A DNA stretch of 64,000 nt, from contig NW_024704749.1 of the NCBI RefSeq assembly GCF_018977255.1, positions 2,542,001-2,606,000 on the forward strand, read 5' to 3'. The notes beneath the pieces are model-generated. The model was not told the DNA's origin. It made no database searches and saw nothing but the letters and a program-made list of their open reading frames with translations. Positions 23,942 through 36,669 of this stretch are shown in pieces. The stretch comes from Callorhinchus milii. Lineage: Eukaryota. Within the stretch, counting starts at the first letter, position 1; every line of letters starts with the position of its first letter. A program made the translations under genes and the position numbers.

Positions 23942-25741
23942 GTGAGTGTATTCCTGATTTGGTACACATAAGGATATGTCAACAATCTATCTTATGATGC
24001 TAAGACTATCTGTGCAGTGTTTTATAAGCTCTGCGCATTCTTTTTTATTCTGACCTTTTGGTAACAGCTGCAATGCCATGGATGCATTTCTGAAATATTT
24101 GTGGTCGAGTGTTTGTATTGTATTCATTGAATCAAAATGGGCTGTTGTTGTGCTTTCATTTGGGTTTCGCTTCTTTCGATAATTTGCTAAATCCTCCTGA
24201 CACGAAATGAATAAATGTAGAGTGTTGTAGTGTAATAGATTGTATTACATAGTGTAAGAAGATGGTACTTCTTCATCAATCTTAAGACAAATCCGACATT
24301 GTGAAAGCAAAAATCAGGCCGTGACCCCGAGATTAGTGCATATCCCAGGCTACTAAATAATTATGTACTGTTGCTAGTGTGGTTAATTAGATGGATTCGC
24401 ACCTCCCTGAGGATCTGACACCCAACGAAAGCTGAAAGGGGGGACATTGCTGTCAGGTCCATCCAACCAAAAACAGCCAATTCTTAGAATTTATACAGGA
24501 GATTATTGTAGAAAATACATCACAGAGATATCAATCTCCTCCATGGATGAACAGGTTATCTACATGCTGTTGGTGTTAATAATAAGCCAGGTATAGTCAT
24601 AATAACAGCAATAATCATCATTATCATGTCGTCGCAATATCTCAATATACTTCACAAGGATTACTGTATTGTGACGGTATTCCTCGCGATCGTGGCTTTG
24701 CGCTCAGCAATGTCCCCCAAACAGCCATGAAGGGATGACCTTGTCTTTATTGCCCTGGGCTTTATTGACCAGGTCATTGTTAGTTAGCATCAGTGGTACA
24801 AGTGATGTGGATCTGTTGAGAATATTGAGTAGCGGTGTGTTCGGGCTGTACAGAGGGCGCACATGACAAGCGTAATAATGCCCATCTTTATTTTATCTCT
24901 ATTCATAAACAGGATGTGCCACTAATTTACTGTTATTAATAATTCCTATGATTATATTAATCTCAAATGATCGATAGTAATTCATTTTAATGTGAAATTC
25001 GTGATTCGTTTAGAACAGAAATGCAAAAGGTTAAAGTAATATGGACCGGCGGCTGAAAACCCCTATGGACATAATAGTGTAAAGTGCAATTGAAGTCAGA
25101 CCACAACTCATTGGTTCTGCGTCAGCCCTAAAAATACTGTTACAGCAGCAAATATATTGTTATTTAAAGGAGATTCACTCAATTGGTTTCCACTTAATGT
25201 GTGGAGTGTAATCGTTATACACACACATCCACAACAGTAATCACAGTTACCCTCAGAGTTCCGAAAACTGCGCTGAAATCGCTCGGAAAAAAAGTAAAGC
25301 ATTTTGATTTTTTTTGTCTCTTTGTTTGATTCATTTATTGTGCGTTGTGACGAGGATCAGTTATCAAATGGTCTGTAACGAATGTCGCATCGCAAGATAT
25401 TTATTCCAACCCAGGCCTCCCGATAGCGAAACATTTCCATTAGATATGAACAGTGAATCTGCCAATTTGTTTGCCAGTGGTAATTAACCGATTTCCCATC
25501 GTTTTCACGCATTAAACAATTGTTTGAAAAGTACGAATTTGCCTGTGCTGGACATTAAATAATGTAACTGCGATCTGCCACAGTATCAGCAGCACCAACT
25601 TCCATTTGTTTCAATTCTGGTAAAAAAAAAGGAGAGGTCAATGCCCAGTAAATAGGATTATCTATTAGTTTAGATAGTTGGAGATGCGCATCGATTGAGA
25701 GTGAAGAGGAGTGTACTTTATATATTGTCAAACCATCGGAC

Positions 25742-25816
25742 CTGTGAAGCGCTTTGGGACGTCCTCCCGACGTGAAAAGCGCTATATCAAATGCAAGGAT
25801 TATTATTATTATTATT
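25742..25816 (+). mobile_element. 5'-truncated SINE A tail at the Ig C remnant
   Basis: Perfect 7-bp TSD ATCGGAC at 25735-41 and 25817-23. Confidence 0.85.
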
Positions 25817-25957
25817 ATCGGACAGTACAGTGTGAGCAGTTATCTGACTCTGCGAACCTCCGAGTGGGAGTCACACGACCTGTATTCCTGTGCGGTCAAA
25901 CACCAGACTCTGACCACTCCGCTCGAGAAAAGCATCGCCAGATCCAGTTGTGTGTGA
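25817..25957 (+). pseudogene. Ig lambda-type light chain constant exon, 3' half only
   Basis: Translates GQYSVSSYLTLRTSEWESHDLYSCAVKHQTLTTPLEKSIARSSCV*, a typical CL C-terminus. AATAAA is at 26105-26110. The 5' half of the C exon is not recognisable. Confidence 0.88.
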
Positions 25958-27572
25958 TTCCGGGAACTGTACTGCTTTGTGGAGAAATATCCAGTTTGAT
26001 ATTCCCACTTTTTGATAACCACCAAAAACTGTAACAATATCGCGCTGTCTGCATTTCGGTGATATTGTGATTGCAAATCAAAACGCGGAGTGGTTCGAGT
26101 TTGCAATAAAAAAAATGACTCACTTGTTATTATTTGCGTTTCACTCTTTATTTGAAATGATCGCGGATTGTAAATGAATGTACCATTACCATCCACTCTG
26201 TGATGGTCTTCCTCGTTTCGTGGCTTTTAATAATAATATTGTCTGTAATTGTTAAATAGCTCCGCTTAATAAAGGCGTAGACTCATTCCCATGTATTGTA
26301 CTGTTTTTATTCATCATTTTATTAAGCTCTGATTGAAATGTTACCTCAATTTCCTTTGACTGATCCTCTGCATCTAAAGTTCCAGTGTCCCTGTGACTGG
26401 AGACCATACAACATATCCGAGTCCTTCCACTTTAGTCACAAACGATAGTTACAGCAATATTTCACTGCAGTCGATTATACAGTTTCCTTGGAGAATCCTT
26501 CATGTTGACATGTGCTGCGATTCTCTCTCAGCAAAACCACTCAGGTTATTTATTCAGCCTCGGCTGCTGATAGATATTTTCCGAGATTATTCAGATACAT
26601 TTGGGTTTCTTTACACTTACTTAGCAGGTGTGACAGATCGACTGTGTAAAGGTTAATTGTGCACAACTATTAAAGGTTGTAAGGATTATTATTGGATGAT
26701 GCGTTCTGCTTTGCAAATGTCTTTGAGCAGGTAACTGATTTTTAAATTTTCACTTCCATTTGCAATATATTTCTTTTCTTTGAACACCTTTTCCTATACA
26801 TTTTCAACAAAGCTAACTTAAACAGGCTGCTCTGCTGCTGGTAGGATAGCATAATGTTGGGCTCCTCTGGGGCAAATATTTGATTGACTTTGAGCTACAA
26901 ACATATATTAATTTCTGGGCAGATTGCCCTCTGGCCGCGGGGGGCAAACGCCGCCCGTGAGATGATGTTTATAACTGTCCCACTAGGAAAGCCCTTTCGT
27001 GTTCTTGACAATAATTAAAATCGATGAGCTGCAGCGCAGTATAAACTCAGGGATGATATCAGAAAATTAAATAAGAATAGAATTACACTTTGTACCAATG
27101 AAAGAACGTGGCAAAGAGATTGGAGATGCGACAGGTGACAACTGCTGTTTCACTGCGCTCAGTAAATTGTCCAGAAACCACACGTTGATTGATTCAATTA
27201 ACTGGTTATCGGGTAACGCTTCCTGAAGATACCCATATTGCAGTCACACCAAAGAAGTGTAAGTGACAACAGGATCAGGAGGATGTTTCGGAGTCAGCTG
27301 TCGTAAGATCGACTGAAAAAAAAGACAAAGAAAATCAAAAATAGTAATGACAGACACAAAAAGATGTCTGATGATTAGGGCTTACGTGAGAGAGGCAGTG
27401 AGAACAGCAGTGCTGGGATGAAGAGTGGGGAGGGGAAGAATTTCCTCTGTTCCCCTCTGCCACTGTATGCTTAACCTCTGAGACCATACAACAACAACTT
27501 GCATTTATATCGCGCCCTTCACTCCGGATGGCACTTTGGAGCGCTTAATGTTTTAATGTCTTCATTGTGAAC

Positions 27573-27883
27573 ATAATAATAATAATATTAATAATAATAA
27601 TAATGCTTGCATTTGATATAGCGCTTTTTACGTCGGGAGGACGTCCCAAAGCGCTTCACAGAATATACCGTAAAGTGAATTGACTGTATATTTGTGGGCG
27701 AACGCGGCAGCCAATTGCGCACAGCAATGTCCCACAAACAGTCGTAGATTGAAAATGACCAATTTTTATTATTGTTTTGTGTGGAGTAAGGAAACTTGCC
27801 CAAGGTTTCGCCCTCTGCCTGGAATTGAACTCAGGTCTCTCGCTTGAAAAGCGAGTGCTCTAACCACTGAGCTACAGGACTCC
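27573..27883 (-). mobile_element. full-length SINE family A (internal deletion)
   Basis: Reverse complement of the same head and tail. Confidence 0.9.
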
Positions 27884-28319
27884 ACAATAATCTGCTCAGC
27901 AGTATCTTCCTGTTCTTGCCTTCATCTCTCTCTCCTGCCCCCCCACCCCACTTCGCATATCATACACACTTTTATCCCATCTTTCCTTCTCTATCTCCAT
28001 CATTGTAACTGACCAGAATCCCATTGCCTGTTCCCTTGATCTCTCACCTCACTCAACTGTTGATGACCCAAGTTCTTCTCCTCTCTCACTGCAACTGGAC
28101 ATAAATTCTTCCTCTCTTTTCATTGTCCCACGTCCCTTTCGAACTGCTTTCCTGACCCATTGCTCAAAATAATTTCAATCACTCCTTGTGGGCTATTTCC
28201 CAACATACTCTTGCTATGCAAAACCTGGAACCATTTTTTACCACTCAGCTACATTTACACATTTTCTTTCACTTCTCGCTGGAGGGTCTCTAATCTGGCT
28301 TCTACCCTGCCCCCCGAGA

Positions 28320-28995
28320 CAACAACAACAACAACAATTGCATTAACATAGCGTGAATCACACAGGGTAGCATCTTGTAGCGCTTAGCCGAGCGGAAGCA
28401 GTGGATCAGGCAGGGAGAGTAAGCAGGTTGGAGAGTTAAGTCGGAGCCTGGGCATGATGGAATTTGTAAAAGAATTTGAGGATCTTGAAGTCGATCCTTT
28501 GATAATTAGTTAGTGCAGCCTGGGAAAATATGGCATCATGGAGGTGCGGAATTCAGATTGGGTGAATACTCTGATGGTGGGTTTTTGGAGCAGTTGGATT
28601 TGGAGCTGGGGAAACTGATGATGAAGGCATTTGAGTAGTTGAAACAGGAGGTGATAGAGTTGTGGGGTAACTTTCCCGCAGTCTTGTGTATTAGGTATGG
28701 TCGGAGGTGGGCAATTTGATGGAGATGGAAGAAAGCGATGCTGGTTTGGGAGCAGATGTGGGGTAAAAAGGAAAGGTGGAGATTGAACCTGACCCCGGAT
28801 TACTACAGGTTTGGTACGTCTTAGGGATAGTCCGGGGGTGTGAGGGGGTTGGGGTTGGGGGCTGAATAACTTAGGTCCACAGGAGAAAGGATGTTGACAG
28901 GATCCAAGGACTATGGCTTCTATCTTGTTGACATTCAGCTGCAGGAAATTTGCATTCATGGCAGAATTGACATCTGATAAACAAGCTGACAATAC
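28320..28995 (-). mobile_element. L2 LINE 3' fragment
   Basis: LSACLSDVNSAMNANFLQLNVNKIEAI motif, ending in a (TTG)n tail at about 28320. Confidence 0.75.
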
Positions 28996-31900
28996 ATTGA
29001 AAATGTCAAGATGGATATGCACATCCACCACCACTCTTTGGAGCAGCTTGGACCTGACATCCATTTTCCCATCAGATCTGGTCGATCTCCCATCTCAGTC
29101 CAATATACAATTGAAATCCCCTCCTAGAATGACTGGTCTGGATGTGACCAACAGCGGAGTGAGCATCTGGAACAGGGCCAGGCGTTCATTCTTCCCTGTC
29201 GGGGCATACACATTAATAAGCCTGATCAGAGCTCCATTTGTATAATACGTCCACCATGAGGAGTCTCCCCCTTATGGTCAGTGATAGTGATGTTCTTCCT
29301 CCGCAGTTGGATCGCTATTCCAGAGCTGCAGCTGTCATTACCCTGGTCTACACAGAGGATCTATAGGAATCCCACCACTTGGACCAGGCTCTGTTGCTGT
29401 CGGAGTGCGGGATTCTACACTCCTGCAGGAACGGAACATCGGCTTTTACCCTGGACAGGTACTGGAGTGTCGCAACAAAGCGCGTTTTATCATATACACT
29501 GCGCACATTCAGGATATCTATCTTCAGTGACATCTTACCCTAATCTTATCACCTATTCCCCTTCTTTTCGCGTCTCCTGCTTGGACCTATACCCAACGTT
29601 TTTGGGGGAGCTGGCAGGACCCTCAACCAAATGTTTATACTTTCCATCTGTTTCCAGTTTCCCTGTCGTTCCTGGATCACTGGTTCTCTGCCTGATTTTA
29701 GTCCCAAGGATGATGTAGGGAGAGCTGGCAGAAAAATTCCCCCACTTTTCCCTGCAGTCTGGGGGTTTTCGACTTCTTCATCTCTCTGTCTCCAGTCCTC
29801 TTCCTGTTTTTTTCTCCAATTATTGTTGGCGGTTCTGGCAGAAAACTCACCGAATTGTCCATACTTTTTGGGGGTTCCCGCCATTTTTCCCCTTTCGCTG
29901 TCAACCCTGCTCCTTCACTGTCTGTGTTCATATTTCCCGTCTCCTCCTTATATTGGGTTTTCACCTTCTTCATCTATTTCTCCTTTTTTTTCCCGTGCCC
30001 TTTTGCCGGCCACCTGCCACTGTCACTCTTTTCCAGACTCTTCTTGTTTGTCTCTCCTCTGGCTTGGAGGTTTTATAAGTTTTTCTCAGTTTACCTCCAT
30101 TTCTTCCTCACTGCCTTCCTTCTCGCTTGACTTTATTTCTTCCTCGGAGGAGGTATTGTCCAAAGATGATTCCATGTTCGCCTGCCTGGGTAATAACTTT
30201 TCCTTCCCGAGCAGTATGACCTCCTCCTCCTCCTCCTCCTCCGATTGTTTCGTTTTTTTTCCCTCTCTTCCTGTGGCGGCTCTTTTTGAGTGACCACCTG
30301 CTTTCCCTCCATCACCTGCTGCCTCGCCTGGTCTCTGGGGTGACGGGTCTGAACCGGTTTATGTCCACTCCTCTTTGGGCAAGTGCCGTAAAGGTGTCCT
30401 GTTTCACCGCACAGGTCGCACCTTTTGCCCATTGGGCAGTCTTTTGCCAAGTGGCTGAAACGTTTGCAGTTCCAACACAGTGCGTGTGCAGGCTGCAACA
30501 AAGTGGCCCACCTGTCCGAATCTCAGGCACACTCGGGGCTGTCCAGGATAGTACAGATTGCCATTGCAATTTCCCAATCGGAGGGGATGTGAGCAACATT
30601 CCCCTCACCTCTTCAGTGCAGCTTCAGCCACTCCTCCCACTCAGATGTCCCTACCCCTAGCTCCTTTATCTCCCTTATATTTAGGATCTCCTCACAATCA
30701 GACTCCAGCTACTTGGTGGTCATTCATTCTTACAAGAGCTTTTCTCTCCTGTCTTATTCTCTCTTGGAACAGAGCCCTTGTGCTGGGCGCATTGTATAAT
30801 GGAGAACAGGGGTCAGGATCTCCTCCCCTTGATTCCGGAGCGCGATCTCCTTCACTTTAATCACCTCCTCAGACAATGTGCACATCACCTTGTATCTCCT
30901 CTTTTCTTTATCTGTGTAGACGCACCTTAGACTTTCTTTTGCTGTGCCACAGCATCCCATCAAAGCCTTCTTTATGAAAGCCGTTCTGTTCATATTATAT
31001 GGCACACTTCCCGGACCTCGAAAAGGCTAGTTTCCTTTAGATACATGTCCTCTTCTTTTCTTCCCTTTTTTGCACTTGCTTGTCCCCTGATCGCAGACAC
31101 ATATGATATGAGGGTTGGGGGGCACCTCGGGCACTCCTGGCTTGAAGTCACCTCATCACCCCTAGAGGGAACGGCAGCTTCCGGGGCTTTTTCTGCTCCC
31201 TATCCCACCCCATCAAGTCCATCACCCTTATTTCCAGGAGGTTGGGCTTGCACTGCCCTGTGGCTCTGCTTCCTTCTTTTCCTTCTGCGCCCCATTCAGT
31301 CGCAAAAAATGTCTCCTCTCTGGTAGGGATTCTCCCCCCTCTGCTGGCCTCGGTGCTGGGGCTTCTCCCCACTCCGCTTTCAAAAGTCTCCCCTTCTCGT
31401 TCATCTTCACGACTTTCTTTCTTTCCGCCGCGCCTTTGGGTCTTGCCTGCTCTGCCTCATGGTTTTCCACCATGGCTTCGCGGCTTACCTCCATGGTCTC
31501 ACATCTTCCCGCCTTCCCTTTTTTTCCTATCTTCTCCGGCCCACAACTCCCTTCTGCAACTTTGGGCCCTACCTCTGGGTCCTTAAGGCTTTCTTCCAGG
31601 TCTTTGCCATTATCTAATTTTGTCTCCACTTCCATCTCAGCTCCTGCCATCTTATTTCCACTCCCCACTCTATCCTTCTCTGCTATTTCCCCACTTTGCT
31701 TCACATCAGCTTTCTCATTTTTCTCCTCTCTTTCCTTCACCACTTTCTCAGTCCTTCTTTTCTCTCCTTTTCCCTTCTTCTCCCTCCCTCTGCTTTCACT
31801 TCTCTTTTCTTCATCACCATTTCTCCTCTCACATCTACCATTACTTTTCCCCCTCTCTCTCCTTTCATCTTCTCTGCCATTTTCACTTCTACTTCTCGTT

Positions 31901-32200
31901 CTATACCCACTGTATCCACTGTTGCTTTCATACACCTTATCCTCTACTATTTCTCCTTTATCCACACAATGATCCCTCTCCTCTCTTCTCTCTTTCCCAT
32001 ACCTATTGGGTTTCCCTAAACAAGGAAAAAAACAAGTTTTTGCCTATCCTTTTCTGAGTCTCTCTTCAGGCTTAACCTGATATCAGACCCCTTTCTCTCT
32101 ATATTATTTCCCCTTACCTCAAAATCTTTTATTTCTTTTATTTTCAGCTCCAAGTTACAAATCAAACAAACCGACCAAAAACCCTCTATTCACTTCTCCG
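28995..32200 (-). mobile_element. decayed L1-clade (Tx1-like) non-LTR retrotransposon: ORF1 with CCHC zinc knuckles plus the endonuclease N-terminus of ORF2
   Basis: ORF1 fragments include CWNCKRFSHLAKDC and CDLCGETGHLYGTC. ORF2 begins MSLKIDILNVRS...FLQEC and continues ...GRLLMVD...RLINVYAP (APE endonuclease). It is frameshifted and 3'-truncated; the 5' boundary is approximate. Confidence 0.85.
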
Positions 32201-32775
32201 CGTTTATTGTTTTTCTACCTCCTGATCCCCTTCCATTGGTCCTAGTCAATTGTCGGCAGCTTGTGTACTCTCGCCCACCAGGCTCCGTGATCCCATCACT
32301 CCCACCCTCGCCCACCTCCACTGACTCCCCATCCCTCAGAGGATCGAATTCAAGATCCTCGTCCTCACTTTCAAGGCCATCCATGGCCTTGCCCCTTCCT
32401 ACCTCTCTGACCTGCTGACTCCCTACCAACTTGCCCGCTCCCTCCATTCAACGGGCTCCGGCCTGCTCCATGTCTTCAGTCCAACCTGCCCTACCATCGG
32501 TGGCCGAGCTTTCAGCCTCTCTGCCCCCACACTCTGGAACTCCATCCCACAGTCCCTTCGCCTCGCTTTCTCCCTTGCCTCCTTAAAGGCCGGTCTCAAG
32601 ACCCTCCTCTTCAATCATGCCTTCAGTCGCCCTCCCACCTCTCTGCCTTCTCTCACCCCTACCCCATCCCTCCCCCACGCTCAGGTCCTGACCCCTGACT
32701 GTCCAGCGCGTTGGGACGTCCTCCCAATGTGAAAGGTGCTCTATAAATGTAATTTTGTTGTTGTTGTTGTTGTAA
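32200..32775 (+). mobile_element. L2 LINE 3' end
   Basis: Same ORF2 C-terminus and tail as 2070-2575, ending (TTG)5. Confidence 0.85.
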
Positions 32776-33084
32776 TTAGTATCCAACATTGTCCTTTTCA
32801 GGTAGCGACAAATACAATGATTTACTGGCAATTCACTCATTGATGCTTGCTTCATTCTGTTCCTATCAACATAGCTTTCTATCATTGGCCAAGATATATT
32901 TTAAAGTAAACGAGTGGAATATGTAAGAAGTCTCTTCATTCTCTATATCAAATATTTGTCAAAGTAAGTATGAATTAAAATTTCTAATATCATTGAATAA
33001 GAATATATAAGTTCTCCTCCCGTGGCTCAAGTGATGAATTCATGTCGAAGTTCCTCAAGGTTGCAATAAATGAAAGGCGTAAAA

Positions 33085-33460
33085 ACGTAGAATCCGACAG
33101 CACAGGAGGAGATTATTGGGCTCATCAAGCCTGCACGTGACTCACAGAACAAGGATATTGTTTAAATCCCATTGCCCTGCCTTATCTCCATACCCTTTCA
33201 AGCTCCTCTCTTTCAGATGCCTATGCATCTTACAGGAGGTGCTTGAAGAGGGATAAGATGATGACTCCTCCTCCTCCTCAAAAAGTCTCATAAAGTGCAG
33301 GAAGCTGAGACATTTGGATGTCTCTGACTGCTTTGTAACTTTGCTTGACAATGATCCTATTAAACCATATGCTTTGTAATTTAACTTTTGTTGCGGTCCA
33401 TTATTTATTGTTTCATAATCAATAAAATGAGTATCAGATCCAAAAATTATATATCCTTCC
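33085..33460 (-). mobile_element. CR1 3' fragment
   Basis: Minus-strand CR1 3' UTR-like sequence ending near ...GTGCTGTCGGATTCTA. Confidence 0.6.
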
Positions 33461-33626
33461 AAAGGGGGAGATAAGAGTGAGGATCCTAGGGTTGAACTGG
33501 CTTTGAAAAGAATTGACTGGTGAAGTCAGGCGTTGTTAATAAGCCTGTCTGAAAATTTAGGATCTGGATCCACCTCCACTTAAAGCTTTAATGACGGAAG
33601 ATGCAATTTTAATTCTTTTTGAAGGC

Positions 33627-33643
33627 GGGGGGGGGGGGGGGGG
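33627..33643. repeat. poly-G tract (17 G)
   Basis: Directly visible. Confidence 0.9.
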
Positions 33644-34289
33644 AGGGGTCAGCCAGGTGTCTGACACGTGGAAACCCATCACCATGCTTAAGAGTATTCA
33701 AACCAAACTGAGAGTTCCATGCATCCCCATCTATACATGGAAATTCCAGAGATATTTGTTGGAATGGAATGCTCATTCTTTCCCTGGAGGGATGCATCCT
33801 GCTTACCTAATTGCAGAAGGTATTAGGCGCAGGTTGGCCAGAGCCAAGGCTTGGGGACCCAAGAGTGTGCGCTGGGGTAGTACTGCAATGTAACCAAGTA
33901 AAACCACATGGCATTGAGAACACTGCCTGTTCAGCTAGGGCTACCCTACCTTTTGGGGCTTTGGCTTGGAGGGTTAATGGGAGTTGAGTGGGATGAGTCC
34001 TTGCTTCCAATGGCTGGTCTACCCTTCCAATTCCTGCTGATGAGCTGTCATCAGCAGTGCCCTGGAGTACCGAGGTCCAGCTTGACTCAGAAACTGGATT
34101 ACCGAGACTGCCAGAGAGGGTTGGATCGATTCCAACATTCTGTTGCCAAACATATCACTTTGGAGCCAGTACTACCCCCTCTCCAAAGAGGATAGTCTCC
34201 AGTTGGTCATCTGACTCCAACACTTGCAGTTTTGTGCCCCCACTAGATGGATGGAAGATACCAACGAACTCCCTGGAGCTTTCTGGTGG

Positions 34290-34900
34290 GCAACACAGCT
34301 CAGCATGAAATGCGTGAGAGATTTGCCACTATCTTCCTATCGACAGCTTGGACACATGAGCGAAGGTTCCACCAGTTGGAGCTGAGGAGTTTAAGCTGCA
34401 GCTGCTTCCCTCTCTTCAAGCCATTCAAGGTGAAGGTGGGGAAGACAAAACGGGTCATGGCACAGATGTGGGGTTTAAAAGACAGTTGAGGTTCAAACAA
34501 GACACCAAGGTTCTGTACTGGCTCGGTGAGGTGGAGAGTGCAGCAATGGATAGTGATGCTGTATGTGCCTGAGGTGAGGAGGGAATGATAGGAGCCAAAC
34601 AGGAAGGCCTCAGTCTTGTCAACTTTCAGAGGAAATTAGTTCTCATCCAGTACTTGATGTCTGACAGGCATTTTGTCAGTACAGGAATCGTCTTGGAGTT
34701 GAGGGTGGAGGCAGAGAGCATTGAGTTGGGTATTATCCACATACACGTGGAAGTTAATCCCATTTAACCCCATGTGTGCAGTTGATAGCACTGAATGGTA
34801 GATTGCAGATATTATAAAGGAGAGGGCAAAGGATAGAGCCCTGGAGAATGAAGGTGTGAGGGTTGGAGGAGAAGCTGGAGGTGGAAATCAATTGCAGATA
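34290..34900 (-). mobile_element. L2 ORF2 fragment
   Basis: Minus-strand LGVLFEPQLSF and QGSILCPLL motifs. Confidence 0.6.
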
Positions 34901-36340
34901 ATGGAGAGGTAATAATAATAATCCTTGCATTTTATATTGCGCCTGTTTTATACAGACAACGTCAAGATGTCTCAAAGCGCTTTGTAGAATAGATTGTAAT
35001 GTGTGGGAAGCAGCTGCTTAACCTTTCCACATATTAATCAAGGTAGATACCAAACCCTGAATTTATGAGTGACCTACATTCCAGAATCATCTTCCCAGCA
35101 GCTGTTGTCTCATTGCACAGTGATAGACATCTTGAATAGATGTCCAGCCATTTAATAGATATCTACCTTAGGCATGGTGGAAGGTCATATGCAGAACAAT
35201 TTGCAATATGCCAGCCAACCTGATATTCTAGACGTCTAAGTTTATTCATCACCAATTGCTTAATCCAGATCCTAGTGTAAGAAATCTTGGCAGCACAGAG
35301 TTGAATCACCTTCGATCTTTCTTTGCCAGCCTCAATCACCTTAAAGCCACCCAGCAAGACAACTGCTTCCTGATGGCAGCATGTTCTTTTTCAAAGCCCA
35401 CCAAGAGGTTAATACGCTGCTTTTAAAAGGTTGATTTGATTTTCTCTTTATCCATTACTGAATCTTTCTTAACATTTTAGATATATCCCAAATATTGAGT
35501 GCGTGCACACACACACAGCTTTTCAGTAAATGGCTTCCTTCTCTTGTTTTGCCAGTTCAGGAATTTGAGCTCACATTTCTGAGATAAATACTTCACTTGA
35601 CTTCACAGTATTACAGTTCTGAGGATAAGTTATAGTCTTGCAGTATCTGCCATCTAGTGGATGGATTGCTCGGTCCTGTCTTACACATTTACAAAGAGAG
35701 CTCACTGGGTATCTGTACCTGGCTGCTCCCTGACAAATTCAATTTAATTTTTATTTTGACCAAATGTCTGACACACGCGGAAAAAAATCACCATGTTTAG
35801 GAGTATCCAAACCAGGCAGAGTTCCACACGTTCATAAAACCGACACATGGAAATTTCCCTTTGTTTGGATGGAATGTGCACTCTCTCCCTGGAGGAAGGC
35901 ACCACGTTTACCCAAGTCCGGCACAAGTTGGCAAAAGGCAAGACTGAGAGACTCCAGAGTGTGTGTTTATCCAGCTAAAAACTTGGTTTAGTGAGCACTG
36001 TCTGGCAAACTTCCTGCTGCTTGTCCGTTAGGATAATTAGAGCTGCCACTCCAAGTACTTTTGATGAGCCAGCAAAGCCTTGGAGTACTGCGGTCCCACT
36101 CGGCTCAGGAACTTTCTGTGTTTTTTTGCACTCCATTTATCACTTTCTCTTTATTTTTTACTTAACCTACTTATTTATCCACCTCAACTTTTAAAAAAAA
36201 AAATCTTTTGGTATTTGACCTATACGTTATCCAATTCGACTTTAAATATCCTATCAATGACCTGGAGATTCATCCACTTTAAGCCACATTTCATTTTTAA
36301 CCTCCACATGTCCAATCTATTTTTCTGTATTCTGTATTGT

Positions 36341-36669
36341 GGAGTCCTGTAGCTCAGTGGTTAGAGCACTCGCTTTGCAAGTGAGAGACCTGAGTTCAAT
36401 TCCAGGCAGAGGGCGAAACCTTGGGCAAGTTTCCTTACTCCACACAGAGCCTAATAATAATCCCTCCAAAACCAAAAACAATAATAAATTGGTCATTTTC
36501 AATCTACGACTGTTTGTGGGACATTGCTGTGCGCAATTGGCTGCCGCGTTCGCCCACAAATATACAATCAATTCACTTTACAGTATATTCTGTGAAGCGC
36601 TTTGGGACGTCCTCCCGACGTGAAAAGCGCTATATCAAATGCAAAGATTATTATTATATTATTATTATT
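36341..36669 (+). mobile_element. full-length young tRNA-derived SINE, family A, short subtype
   Basis: Head GGAGTCCTGTAGCTCAGTGG (A box) and GAGTTCAATTC (B box), body, L2-type tail and (TTA)n. Near-identical to 61632 and 62932. Confidence 0.92.

Noticed and set aside
29631-32057. Long Ser/Leu/Phe-rich plus-strand ORFs (for example 29631-30293, 31436-31972)
   Set aside because: They are antisense shadows of the purine-rich Tx1-like element.
36341-36412. tRNA gene (also at 27810, 44954, 59243, 61632, 62932)
   Set aside because: A and B boxes are present, but there is no acceptor-stem complement, and each head runs into the same SINE body and tail.
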